Part shown: positions 8,040 to 17,530 of the stretch, one piece after another
Numbering within the stretch: position 1 is the stretch's first letter
How the letters are laid out: the number at the start of each line of letters is the position of its first letter
IMG/VR virus record: IMGVR_UViG_3300025270_001763
Location: 1-35,482 of that record
Source of the DNA: a virus
Lineage: Duplodnaviria; Caudoviricetes
Direction: 5' to 3' (one strand)
DNA: 35,482 bases
Notes under the pieces: generated by a model
Seen by the model: the letters and a program-made list of their open reading frames with translations, nothing else
Told to the model about the DNA's origin: nothing
Database searches by the model: none
Position numbers and translations under genes: made by a program

Positions 8040-10274
8040 ATGCCAAACAATATTCCAGACCAAGACAGGGCCGAAGCCGCATTTGTTACTTGGAGTGACG
8101 AGTCTAGCAAAGAGCAGGCGCTTGCTAATGTGCAAGGCATCCTTGACGATTATGACGGCATACAGAGATCTTCAGCCTATGCTCGTAGATCTTTTCTTGA
8201 TATAGAGCCGAACATTTCTGTTAGAACCGGGTTTGACAGACGTGATTATGACAGATTTAGAAGCGGCGAATCGGTTCCACAAAAACAAAAAGACGCTATA
8301 CGTATGTGTATGGCAGCTTATGATCGCGTCGGTCTTGTTAGAAACGTTATCGATTTAATGGGTGATTTTGCATGCCAAGGAATTAACTTAGTCCATCCTA
8401 ACAAAAGGATTGAAAAATTTTACAAGGCTTGGTTTATCAGGATAAATGGCAAGGAAAGGTCGGAACGGTTTTTAAACCTTCTTTACAGGACGGGTAATGT
8501 AATTCTCAAAAGAAGAACCGCCAAGATAACTAAAAAAATAGAAGAGGAGCTTAGAAGATCGTCTGGAAAAGCCGACATAGTTCCAGAGTCTATCAAAATA
8601 AACAGAAGAGAGATACCTTGGAAGTATGATTTTCTCAACCCGATGTCCGTAGAGGTATTAGGCCAAGAGCTTGCTACCTTTGTTGGCAAGCCGCAGTTTG
8701 CTTTAAAGATATCCAATCTTCTAAAACGACATATTACAAACAGCAGCAAAAATCCCTATCACCAAAGATTGCTAGCTCAACTACCTGCCGATGTTCTCAA
8801 GGCGGTGAAGCAGGGGATTAGTATTCTTCCATTAGACGTAGATAAAACCTCCGTGTTCTATTACAAAAAAGATGATTGGCTAACATGGGCCAACCCTATG
8901 ATTTACGCCATCTTGGACGATATTTTAATGTTGGAAAAAATGAAGTTGGCAGATATTTCTGCTTTAGACGGGGCTATTTCTAATATTCGACTTTGGCGGA
9001 TCGGAGATTTAGAGAATAAAATTCTCCCCACCAAGGGTGCGATTAACAAGTTAAGAAACATATTGGCTGGAAATGTTGGCGGGGGCACAATGGATCTGGT
9101 ATGGGGTCCAGAAATTGATTTTAAAGAATCAAACACTCAAGTCTACAAGTTTCTTGGGTCTGAAAAATATCAACCGGTTCTTACCAATATCTATGCTGGG
9201 CTGGGCATCCCTCCTACTCTGACGGGCCTAGCAAGCGGAGGCAGCGGTGGATTTACCAACAACTTCATCTCTCTTAGAGTTTTACTTGAGAGGTTGGAGT
9301 ACGGTAGAAATATACTGATGACCTTTTGGCGTCAAGAAATAGAGATAATCCAAAAGGCGATGGGTTTTCGTTTTCCCGCGACTGTGCATTTTGATCAAAT
9401 GACTTTATCTGATGAATCCTCAGAAAAGAATCTTTTGATTCAGTTAGCAGATAGAGACATCATTAGCGCCGAGACTGTTCAAGAAAGGTTTGGAGAAGTG
9501 CCGGATATCGAGAAAATTAGAATCAAGCGTGAAGCTAAAGAGCGTCAAAATGAGAGAATGCCTCAGAAATCTGGTCCCTATCATAATCCACAGCACCTTA
9601 ACGACCTTGAAAAGATTGCCTTACAAAAGGATCTTATTGCTCCAGAAGATGTAGGAATTGTGCCTTGTGATGAAACTGGAGATCATCCCTTTACCGACCC
9701 TGATGACCGACGAAGCGATCAACAAATTCAAGAAAAGAAGGAGGAGGTTCAAGACAAGCAAGACGAAAGAGACCAAAAGAAATTTGACAATCAGCAAAAA
9801 CAAAACCCGCCAAACGAAGGGTATAACCCCAAAGGCAGGCCGGAAGACGGCAGACCTAAAAACGCTAAAGATAAAACGAAGAGAAAGCAAAAAGAGGTTA
9901 AGCCGCGCGTTGCCGCAAGTACTGATTTTGCCAATACGCTTTTATGGGCTACTAAAGCCCAGAAGCAAATCTCAGATATTGTTAATCCCGCATTACTAGC
10001 GCACTACGGTAAGAAAAATCTTAGAGCATTAACCAAGCAAGAGACCGACGAAGCGGAGTATATTAAGCTGTGTGTGTTATCCAACATCTCACCCTTCGAC
10101 GAAATCGATGCTCGTACTGTCAAAAGTATTTTAGACCAGAATCTAAAAGCTGACCCTGCTTTAATTTCACTTATATCTAGCATCAATAACGACTTTGTTG
10201 AAGCTAATATTAGAAATCCCAGCCTCGAAGAGTCCCGCCAGATCCAGATTTCTGCATACGCAATATCTCGTTAA
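8040..10274 (+). CDS. Portal protein
   Basis: Lies between terL and the protease. Portal-like features include LVRNVIDLMGDF, IYAGLGIPPTL, and a charged/Pro-rich tail with a GRP motif. Confidence 0.85.
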   Translation: MPNNIPDQDRAEAAFVTWSDESSKEQALANVQGILDDYDGIQRSSAYARRSFLDIEPNISVRTGFDRRDYDRFRSGESVPQKQKDAIRMCMAAYDRVGLVRNVIDLMGDFACQGINLVHPNKRIEKFYKAWFIRINGKERSERFLNLLYRTGNVILKRRTAKITKKIEEELRRSSGKADIVPESIKINRREIPWKYDFLNPMSVEVLGQELATFVGKPQFALKISNLLKRHITNSSKNPYHQRLLAQLPADVLKAVKQGISILPLDVDKTSVFYYKKDDWLTWANPMIYAILDDILMLEKMKLADISALDGAISNIRLWRIGDLENKILPTKGAINKLRNILAGNVGGGTMDLVWGPEIDFKESNTQVYKFLGSEKYQPVLTNIYAGLGIPPTLTGLASGGSGGFTNNFISLRVLLERLEYGRNILMTFWRQEIEIIQKAMGFRFPATVHFDQMTLSDESSEKNLLIQLADRDIISAETVQERFGEVPDIEKIRIKREAKERQNERMPQKSGPYHNPQHLNDLEKIALQKDLIAPEDVGIVPCDETGDHPFTDPDDRRSDQQIQEKKEEVQDKQDERDQKKFDNQQKQNPPNEGYNPKGRPEDGRPKNAKDKTKRKQKEVKPRVAASTDFANTLLWATKAQKQISDIVNPALLAHYGKKNLRALTKQETDEAEYIKLCVLSNISPFDEIDARTVKSILDQNLKADPALISLISSINNDFVEANIRNPSLEESRQIQISAYAISR

Positions 10275-10304
10275 TTTGGATAATTTTGATTTATTTTTCA
10301 TTCT

Positions 10305-10314
10305 GGTGTATATT
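10305..10314 (+). promoter_or_regulatory. Putative late promoter motif GGTGTATATT
   Basis: Copy of the repeated motif, upstream of the GAGGTG RBS of the protease gene. Confidence 0.6.
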
Positions 10315-10329
10315 TTATAGAGGTGAAAC

Positions 10330-11865
10330 ATGACAGTAAAAATATTTCAAGCCGAAGTAGACGCCGGTATAGAAGATTTAATCCGGTCTAACGCTAGCTT
10401 CGCTTATTCTTCCTTAGCTACACCCTATTCTCCTGACAACGCAGAAGAGGAAAAGGCTAAATTATTAGCGTTTAGTTCCGAAGCAGGGTCCAACCCAGAT
10501 CAATTTGATCTCTATTATTTAAACTCGGTGTTGGTTTCAACGGGCTGGAATAAGAACGACGACGTTTTCGACATAAGGGAAGTTTGGGAGGCGAGAAATA
10601 CTCCAGAAGATAAACAGTTCAATTTTATGCATGATGAAAGTGATATCATAGGGCACATCACTGGAAATAAAGTGATTGATAAAAACGGGATGGACATTTC
10701 AGACGAAACAAGCTTTGATCAACTTCCAGACAAATTTGATATTGTTACCAGCGCCGTTCTCTACAATAGCTGGGCCGACCCAGAGCGTAAAATGAGAATG
10801 GATAGTATAATTGAAGAAATTGGACAGGGTGACTGGTTTGTTAGTATGGAATGTCTTTTTAGGGGCTTTGATTACGCGGTTGTTAATCCAAAAGGCCAAC
10901 ATAAAATTATTGCCAGAGATGAGGACTCTGCCTTTTTGACTAAGCATCTTAGAGTATACGGGGGAGAAGGAGAGTATGAAGGACATAAATTAGGCAGATT
11001 GCTCAAAAACATTTCTTTTTCCGGTAAGGGTTTGGTGCGAAACCCGGCAAATCCCAGAAGTGTTATTCTGAATAATCTAAATGCGTTTCGTGGAAGTAAA
11101 ACCTATTCAATATCTCATTCTGATATAAGGGAGAATGTAGCAATGGCTAACGAAGATCTGTTGCAAAAGCAAATTGAGGAACTAAAGTCAGATTTAGCTC
11201 AGGCTAAAGAAGATGCAAAGTCTCTCGAAGAAACAGTAGCGGCAAAGAAAGATGCCGAGTCTCAGGCTCGCGTCGAATCTTTTGAAGCTACTATTACTGA
11301 AAAGGATCAGGCTATTGACGGTCTGTCCAATGAACTTCAGGTTGCTCAAGAAGCACTCGCTTCCTCAAAGGAAGAGCTTGTTGCTAAAGACGAAGAGCTA
11401 ACTGAAGCTAACAGCAAGATTCAGGCTCATGAAGCCGAGTTCAAGACCATGCTCCGTAAGGCAGCTTTGGTTGAGGCGGGCCTTGAGGGTGAAGACATCG
11501 AGACAGCTTTAGAGAAGTTCTCTGATGCTGCTGATGACATCTTTGACGAAGTTGTATCTCTTTATTCTAAGATGAAGGGTAATCCCTTCTTCGACAAGAA
11601 GAAGAAGAAAGACGACGAAGAAGAGAAAGACGCTGACGCTTCTTCAGAGGCAGAGGTTGCAGAAGAATCAGACGACACAACTGATTCTACAGACGAGGCT
11701 GATGTCGAAGCCGATGCTGAAATTCTGGAAACAGCCGAAGAAGACGAAGAGATTGCTCTTACAGACACTGGTGATACTGATCTAGTAAATGAGACCAGAG
11801 CGGGTGTCAGTGACTGGCTTTCTAAGAATGTTCTTCATACCACAGCGGGCTTAGAAGAAAATTAA
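10330..11865 (+). CDS. Prohead protease fused to scaffold
   Basis: FNFMHD..IIGHI (His), VSMEC (Ser) and GLVRNPAN in the N-terminal half; acidic coiled coil in the C-terminal half. Confidence 0.82.
   Translation: MTVKIFQAEVDAGIEDLIRSNASFAYSSLATPYSPDNAEEEKAKLLAFSSEAGSNPDQFDLYYLNSVLVSTGWNKNDDVFDIREVWEARNTPEDKQFNFMHDESDIIGHITGNKVIDKNGMDISDETSFDQLPDKFDIVTSAVLYNSWADPERKMRMDSIIEEIGQGDWFVSMECLFRGFDYAVVNPKGQHKIIARDEDSAFLTKHLRVYGGEGEYEGHKLGRLLKNISFSGKGLVRNPANPRSVILNNLNAFRGSKTYSISHSDIRENVAMANEDLLQKQIEELKSDLAQAKEDAKSLEETVAAKKDAESQARVESFEATITEKDQAIDGLSNELQVAQEALASSKEELVAKDEELTEANSKIQAHEAEFKTMLRKAALVEAGLEGEDIETALEKFSDAADDIFDEVVSLYSKMKGNPFFDKKKKKDDEEEKDADASSEAEVAEESDDTTDSTDEADVEADAEILETAEEDEEIALTDTGDTDLVNETRAGVSDWLSKNVLHTTAGLEEN
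11143..11865 (+). CDS. Nested in-frame scaffold protein (MANEDLLQKQ...)
   Basis: Internal AAGGGAG RBS 9 nt before an in-frame ATG, exactly at the protease/coiled-coil boundary. Confidence 0.6.
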   Translation: MANEDLLQKQIEELKSDLAQAKEDAKSLEETVAAKKDAESQARVESFEATITEKDQAIDGLSNELQVAQEALASSKEELVAKDEELTEANSKIQAHEAEFKTMLRKAALVEAGLEGEDIETALEKFSDAADDIFDEVVSLYSKMKGNPFFDKKKKKDDEEEKDADASSEAEVAEESDDTTDSTDEADVEADAEILETAEEDEEIALTDTGDTDLVNETRAGVSDWLSKNVLHTTAGLEEN

Positions 11866-11908
11866 TGAGATTTGAGTCTCATCCAAACTCTTAAAAGGAG
11901 ATAAACAA

Positions 11909-12418
11909 ATGGCTTTAAAAGCTGATCGACACGAACTCGATACTGACATTTCTTTTTTCTATAACGAAGGCACTGCCGAGCGCGGCGGCGTTGTAGTTCT
12001 AGATACCGTTGGTTCTGGTGCCGCCATGGATCAGGCTGGTGCAAAGGTTAAGTATGCCGTTGCAACAAACGCTCTGTTCCCGGTTGGTATTCTACTCAAC
12101 GACGTTGTTAATCTTGACCTTACTCGTCAGCATATCAACTGGCATAAGGACGAGGTCCAAAAGGGCGGTAAGGTTACCGTTCTCAAGAAGGGTTGGGTTG
12201 TGACCAACCTGATTGCTGGTACTCCAGCCGCTGGACTTGGCGCATTCGTAGACGACGGCACTGCTGGCTATATCGCCACAGCCGCCGAAGTTGCTGATGG
12301 TAAGTACATCCAGATTGGCCGTTTCATGTCCACTAAGGACGAAGATGGTTACGCCAAGGTGGAAGTCAACCTGCCGATGCCAGTTGATAATGATGCTGCT
12401 GCATCAGCACCAGAGTAA
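11909..12418 (+). CDS. Head decoration/cement-like protein
   Basis: 169 aa, Gly/Val-rich beta protein between scaffold and capsid genes; strong AAGGAG RBS. Confidence 0.65.
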   Translation: MALKADRHELDTDISFFYNEGTAERGGVVVLDTVGSGAAMDQAGAKVKYAVATNALFPVGILLNDVVNLDLTRQHINWHKDEVQKGGKVTVLKKGWVVTNLIAGTPAAGLGAFVDDGTAGYIATAAEVADGKYIQIGRFMSTKDEDGYAKVEVNLPMPVDNDAAASAPE

Positions 12419-12451
12419 TCTAAACAACTAACCTGAAAAGGAGTAACGATA

Positions 12452-13459
12452 ATGAGTAGAATGACTAGACCAGACGAGCAATTTCTTGATCTTCTCAAGC
12501 GCTCAGGTAGTGCTGATAAGACGGAAGCTCTTGTTGCCCAACACGAATTGGCTCAGGCTCTTGAAATGCCTCTTCGTCAGGGTGTTCTAATTGGTGATGT
12601 TCTTGACGGCATTTTCGAAAGAATGGCCGTTGAACCCGGTGCAAGCGTAGAGTTCCCTCTGGATCTCCTCGCCCCCGGTGAAGAGAACAGCCATGTGGCA
12701 TATACAAATCCCGGTCATGGCCGCATTCCTGAGCGAGCCGTGGAAGGCGATTATGTTATGGTTCCTACTTACACGGTTGCAAGTTCAATCGACTACCTCT
12801 TGCGTTATGCAAGAGAAGCTCGTTGGGATATTGTTGGTCGTGCTATGCAGGTTCTTGAAGCTGGCTTCGTCAAGAAGATGAATGACGATGGTTGGCATAC
12901 GCTGCTCGCCGCTGGCGTTGATCGCAACATCCTCGTTTACGATGGTGATGCTGCTAATGGCCAGTTTACCAAGCGTCTAATTTCACTCCTCAAGACCGTC
13001 ATGCGACGTAATGGTGGGGGAAATACAGGTTCTGTCCGACGTGGTAGCCTGAGTGACGTATATCTTAGCCCGGAAGCTCTCGAAGACATCCGTAACTGGG
13101 GTCTTGACCAAATCGACGAAGTCACTCGTCGTGAGATCTATCTGGCTGGCGATGGCGATGCTGTTATCACCCGTGTCTTTGGTGTAAACCTTCATGACAT
13201 GGATGAACTTGGTTCTGGTCAAGAATACCAGACGTTCTATGCAGATCAGTTGGCTGGCACACTTCAGGGTTCCGACTCTGAACTGATTGTTGGTCTTGAT
13301 CTAAATGGTAACGACAGCTTCGTTATGCCCGTTAAGCAGGAAGTCCAGATCTTTGAAGATGATGCCCTCCATCGTCACCAAAGAGCCGGTTTCTACGGCT
13401 GGGCCGAACTAGGCTTCGCCGTGCTTGACAACCGACGTATTCTTCTGGGTTCATTCTAA
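12452..13459 (+). CDS. Major capsid protein (HK97-fold expected)
   Basis: 335 aa, canonical position, AAGGAG RBS, C-terminal GFYGWAELGFAVLDNRRI pattern, followed by a strong terminator. Confidence 0.88.
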   Translation: MSRMTRPDEQFLDLLKRSGSADKTEALVAQHELAQALEMPLRQGVLIGDVLDGIFERMAVEPGASVEFPLDLLAPGEENSHVAYTNPGHGRIPERAVEGDYVMVPTYTVASSIDYLLRYAREARWDIVGRAMQVLEAGFVKKMNDDGWHTLLAAGVDRNILVYDGDAANGQFTKRLISLLKTVMRRNGGGNTGSVRRGSLSDVYLSPEALEDIRNWGLDQIDEVTRREIYLAGDGDAVITRVFGVNLHDMDELGSGQEYQTFYADQLAGTLQGSDSELIVGLDLNGNDSFVMPVKQEVQIFEDDALHRHQRAGFYGWAELGFAVLDNRRILLGSF

Positions 13460-13483
13460 TCCATTAAGACTATTTCGCATTAT

Positions 13484-13521
13484 AGAAGCCGCCCTCAATA
13501 TTTTGGGGGCGGTTTTCTTTT
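13484..13521 (+). terminator. Intrinsic terminator after the major capsid gene
   Basis: AGAAGCCGCCCTCAA / TTGGGGGCGGTTTTCT inverted repeat followed by a T-run. Confidence 0.9.
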
Positions 13522-13525
13522 ATAT

Positions 13526-13535
13526 GGTGTATAAT
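13526..13535 (+). promoter_or_regulatory. Putative late promoter motif GGTGTATAAT
   Basis: Immediately after the terminator and before the fibre gene cluster; contains TATAAT. Confidence 0.7.
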
Positions 13536-13568
13536 ATTGTGGATTTGTCTATATAAATAGGACACAAA

Positions 13569-13841
13569 ATGACCAAAAGAACAAAAACAGATTTAGTATC
13601 CAATGTGATTAACACATTGTTGCTAGATAATGACGGAGGAGAAATCAGTCCAGAAGATCTAAGGACTGGTTTTATCGACACCGCTGATTCTGTTGTTTTT
13701 TGGGACAATACAAAACCGGCAAGCGCAACTGCGTCATGTACTGTCGGAGAAGTAAAAATTGCTGCTACAGATACAATATATCACTTGTATGTTTGTGTAG
13801 CAACCGATACATGGCGAAGGGCCGAATTAGGTAGTTTCTAA
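13569..13841 (+). CDS. Small virion appendage-like protein
   Basis: N-terminal DNDGGEISPEDLR..DS motif shared with the 20939 fibre; C-terminal PASATASC..G..LYVCVATDTWRR motif common in phage fibre-type proteins. Confidence 0.65.
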   Translation: MTKRTKTDLVSNVINTLLLDNDGGEISPEDLRTGFIDTADSVVFWDNTKPASATASCTVGEVKIAATDTIYHLYVCVATDTWRRAELGSF

Positions 13842-13857
13842 CGTAGGAGAATAAATT

Positions 13858-14304
13858 ATGTCAGATGCCATGAGCAATTATCTTGAAAGTGAGGTAGTCG
13901 ATCATTTATTTAGGGCTGGTACTTTCGCAAAGCCCTCTGCAATTTATATAGGATTAATAAGATTTTATGAAGCAAGCAAGGTAGAAACTTTTACTGGAAC
14001 TACTGTTGGCCCAAAGGAGCTAGGGGCAGCAGGTGACACCGCTCTTAGTTATGCTAGAGTGACTGTTACTCAAAATGATAGCACTTGGTCTGCTGCAACT
14101 GCTGGTGGAGCAACTTCAAATGCTGGTGATATTACTTTTAATACCGCTACTGGAGACTGGGGTATGGTTTCCGGTGTGTTTGTCGTAGACGCCTCCGGGG
14201 GCGGAAACCTCCTTTTGCACGGAGCTTTAACTACCGCCAGAGATGTAAAAAGTGGCGACGTTTTCAAATTTAACGCTGGCGATTTAGACGTTACATTTAC
14301 ATAA
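13858..14304 (+). CDS. Virion structural protein (SNYLE...YAR...WG...GNLL..GAL...GD family)
   Basis: Recognisable conserved phage structural family; AGGAG RBS. Confidence 0.75.
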   Translation: MSDAMSNYLESEVVDHLFRAGTFAKPSAIYIGLIRFYEASKVETFTGTTVGPKELGAAGDTALSYARVTVTQNDSTWSAATAGGATSNAGDITFNTATGDWGMVSGVFVVDASGGGNLLLHGALTTARDVKSGDVFKFNAGDLDVTFT

Positions 14305-14331
14305 ACTCTATTTCCTGAACGGGAGGCTATA

Positions 14332-15369
14332 ATGGCTCTAGCCTTAGCAGATAGAGTTAAAGAAACTACCACTACAACTGGAACGGGCACGATTAGTCTC
14401 GCTGGGGCTGTAACTGGATTTCAACCATTTGTAGCTAGCGTAGGAGACGGTAATACTACATACTACGCACTCGAAGATACCAACGGTACGGGCTGGGAAG
14501 TCGGCCTTGGCACTGTTACCGACGCATCTCCAGACACCCTTTCTCGCGCCACTATTTTAGACAGTAGTGTTCAGGCAACCGCGACTCTTACATTTGGCGA
14601 TACGGAATTTGATGATGTCAATAACGGAACTCTTGCGCTGATAGACACTGTTGGCTTAAGCAAAACCTATACAATCAGGAATGATTACGGAGCGACGGGG
14701 GCGACAGAATATAACGCTGGCGGATCAAGAGGGGCTGCTGCCGCAAACCTTGCGCAAGCCGTGGAAAGTTCTAATGGGCATAACGGAACTATCTACGCCA
14801 TGGACAGTTCCAATGTGCGCTTCTCGTCGGGTGGATACGATTTCTCAGACGGCGTGGTTAACTTCAAACAGGCTACAGGCGGCACGGTAGGAAATACTAC
14901 TATCACTACAGCAGCCAGCTTCGATAGCTGCACTGATGTAAATGTTGGGTCTGCCTTTACAGGAGGCGGCGGCTCTGCTATCACCCTCAGTTCAGGCACC
15001 CATTCTGTGTTCTGCACATACCCAGCCAATAAAGCTGTTTTCCTCGATGCAAACGGCGCCACCGAGATCACTCTTTCTAAATCACCGATCATACCGTACA
15101 CGACAATCACTGGGGATACAACAATTACAACCGCCAACGTGGTTGTTTTTGCAAACGCTACTAGTGGATCAATAGATGTAACTATGTACGCGGCAACTTC
15201 AAATGGAGGAAGGACTGTAACTATTAAGAAGACGGACAGTAGCTCCAATACTGTGAGCATTCTTAGGGCGGGAAGCGAAACTATAGACGGAGCAATTTCT
15301 GCGACACTATACCACCAAAACGAGTCTGTAACTTTAGTCTCAGATAACAGCAACTGGTTTATTGTCTAA
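14332..15369 (+). CDS. Virion fibre/appendage protein (MALxLADRVKETTTTTGTG family) with inserted module
   Basis: Conserved N-terminus, WEVGLGT and VFCTYPA motifs; GGAGG RBS; Thr/Gly/Ser-rich. Confidence 0.8.
   Translation: MALALADRVKETTTTTGTGTISLAGAVTGFQPFVASVGDGNTTYYALEDTNGTGWEVGLGTVTDASPDTLSRATILDSSVQATATLTFGDTEFDDVNNGTLALIDTVGLSKTYTIRNDYGATGATEYNAGGSRGAAAANLAQAVESSNGHNGTIYAMDSSNVRFSSGGYDFSDGVVNFKQATGGTVGNTTITTAASFDSCTDVNVGSAFTGGGGSAITLSSGTHSVFCTYPANKAVFLDANGATEITLSKSPIIPYTTITGDTTITTANVVVFANATSGSIDVTMYAATSNGGRTVTIKKTDSSSNTVSILRAGSETIDGAISATLYHQNESVTLVSDNSNWFIV
14569..14967 (+). repeat. ~133-aa inserted module, copy 1 (VQATATLTFGDTEF...AFTGG)
   Basis: About 70% aa identity to 22112-22519 by manual alignment; exact DNA blocks aagcaaaacctatacaat and tcagacggcgtggttaa are shared. 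Confidence 0.92.
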
Positions 15370-15411
15370 CTTCTACAAATATACAGTCACCAAATAAATT
15401 GGAGTAATAAG

Positions 15412-17514
15412 ATGTCATATAGCCCAAAAGCCTTTGAAATTACAACTCTAGGGACATCGCAAATTGGGAAGTTTATCAGTACGCATGGCACTACTGGCGA
15501 TGTAATTATACCAGATGATGATAAGTTCTCGTTTGGTACTGGAAGCGATGCTTCTATTTACTTCGACGCAACCAATTTGGTCATCGCGGATGAGAACATC
15601 CCTGTTCAGATAGGCCATTCTTCTAGCACGGTTACAATTGCCGGTAACCTTACAATTAACGGAACTACAACCACTGTTAATTCTACAACTCTAACTATTG
15701 ATGATAAGTTGATTGAGCTTGCTCATTCACCTTCTGGTTCCGAAGGAGCCGATACCGATATAGACGGTGGCGGTATTATTCTTAAGTCTTCTGATAGCGA
15801 TAAGAGTATTACTTGGGTAAACTCTACCGACTCTTGGACGTTTGACCAAGGCATAGATGTTTCTGACCTTAACATCATCAACGTTGGGGATATAGACTGT
15901 GATAGCATTAGCATCGCTGATGCCGCTGTTGGTCTTAACATTGCTTTCGGTGGGAACACTGGCACAAATAAGATTACCCTGACAGACAATCTCGCTGACG
16001 CTTTAAACATCACTGAAGGAAGCAATTCCTACATGAAGTTTATAACCGCCGACTCTGGCTTTCCTACAGTTACATTCGGTGTTGACGACACCGGGGTTGA
16101 TGTAAGGCTCTATAGCGCTACCGCCAGTGAGGGTGTTCTATATGACGCTTCTGAAGATGAACTGGCTCTTCTACTCACAACGAAATTGAAATTTCATGAT
16201 GTCGGTGGCGACGAAGAAATCTTTGCTTCTGCCAATGGTCATCTAGAAATCAACGCTGGGACCACGTTGGACATAACCGCTCCAACGGTAGATATCAATG
16301 CTTCCACTGGTGTCACAATCGACACAGATACAGTTACTGTTGCATCGGCTAATTCAACAGATCCGGTAATGATACTTAAAAACACGAATACTGACGCCAA
16401 CGGCGCTAGGCTTCGTTTTGTTAAAGATGCTGGGGAAGCCGGTGCTGCTAGTGACATATCTGGACTTATTGAATTCTACGCTGATGATGCTTCTCAAGAC
16501 CAAGTATTGTTTGCCAAGGTAGAAGCCGCAGTTGCCGTCCACACAAACGGTCAAGAGGGTGGCAAGCTAACTCTTGGCGTTGCGTCTCATGACGGAGAAA
16601 TGAATTCAGGTCTCATACTGACAGACGGTAGCGCGGAAGACGAAATTGATGTTACCGTTGGTAATGGAACTGCTTCAGTAACAACCGTTGCTGGTAATCT
16701 TACTGTAACTGGTGATGTGACAATTAGCGGTGATGACCTGACAATGGGAACAAACACCGATAAATTCATATTGGTAGCAGACGGTACGAATTTCAATTCG
16801 GTATTATCTACTGGTGATGTAATCATATCTAATGATGGTTCATCCGCCATACAAGCAAATGTTGTAGATGGTACTCATATTGCCCTTGGCTCAGACGAGC
16901 AGGGCGACATTATGTATTACGATGGCACAAACTGGGCAAGACTTGTTCATGGGACAGACGGACAGTTCTTAAAGACGCAGGGTGATAGTGCTAATCCGGT
17001 TTGGGCGGCAGCGACAGTTAGTAGTCTTGCTTGTGACGACCTTAGTGTAGGTGACGCGGCTGTCACGGTTTCCACTAGTGTTGGTAATATCACTATTGAA
17101 ACGCAGGCTACTGATACCGACATTATCTTCAATGTAGACGATGGCGGCTCTCAAATTACTGCTTTAACTCTTGATGGTAGTGACGATGGCGCAGCCATAT
17201 TCAAGAGTACCATAAAGGGTACTGTGTTTAAGCCTGCGGTTGAAGTAGTTTCTAGCGCCAACGTAACAGTCAGTAAAGGCCATACCGCAATTACTACCGC
17301 TGGTTCAAACAGAACCGCTACTATGCCAGAAGCGACTGCTGCACTTGTAGGTGCTACATACACCATTAAAAAAGTAGACAGTGGTTCAGGCAATATTTCT
17401 GTTACAGCGGAGGGTGACGGTCTTATTGATGGTGGAGCAACCGTTGTGCTTTATCATCAATTTGAAAGTGTCACGGTAGTTTGTAGAGCCGCCGACGTTT
17501 GGGACATTGTATAA
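15412..17514 (+). CDS. Fibre-like virion protein (700 aa)
   Basis: GNLTINGTTTTVNSTTLTIDDKLIEL, GDIMYYDGTNWARL..GTDGQFLK..ANPVW fibre motifs; C-terminal IKKVDS...IDG...ESV...W module. Confidence 0.8.
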   Translation: MSYSPKAFEITTLGTSQIGKFISTHGTTGDVIIPDDDKFSFGTGSDASIYFDATNLVIADENIPVQIGHSSSTVTIAGNLTINGTTTTVNSTTLTIDDKLIELAHSPSGSEGADTDIDGGGIILKSSDSDKSITWVNSTDSWTFDQGIDVSDLNIINVGDIDCDSISIADAAVGLNIAFGGNTGTNKITLTDNLADALNITEGSNSYMKFITADSGFPTVTFGVDDTGVDVRLYSATASEGVLYDASEDELALLLTTKLKFHDVGGDEEIFASANGHLEINAGTTLDITAPTVDINASTGVTIDTDTVTVASANSTDPVMILKNTNTDANGARLRFVKDAGEAGAASDISGLIEFYADDASQDQVLFAKVEAAVAVHTNGQEGGKLTLGVASHDGEMNSGLILTDGSAEDEIDVTVGNGTASVTTVAGNLTVTGDVTISGDDLTMGTNTDKFILVADGTNFNSVLSTGDVIISNDGSSAIQANVVDGTHIALGSDEQGDIMYYDGTNWARLVHGTDGQFLKTQGDSANPVWAAATVSSLACDDLSVGDAAVTVSTSVGNITIETQATDTDIIFNVDDGGSQITALTLDGSDDGAAIFKSTIKGTVFKPAVEVVSSANVTVSKGHTAITTAGSNRTATMPEATAALVGATYTIKKVDSGSGNISVTAEGDGLIDGGATVVLYHQFESVTVVCRAADVWDIV

Positions 17515-17530
17515 TTTATGAGGTCGTAAA

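Noticed and set aside
8008-8205. Short alternative-frame ORFs overlapping portal and other structural genes
   Set aside because: Almost wholly overlap well-supported genes and lack RBS or motifs.
11865-11882. ATGAGA/TCTCAT small hairpin between scaffold and decoration genes
   Set aside because: Only 6 bp, AT-rich, no U-tract; too weak to call.
14569-14967. Inserted module as an intein
   Set aside because: No N-terminal Cys/Ser block-A or C-terminal His-Asn splice motifs.
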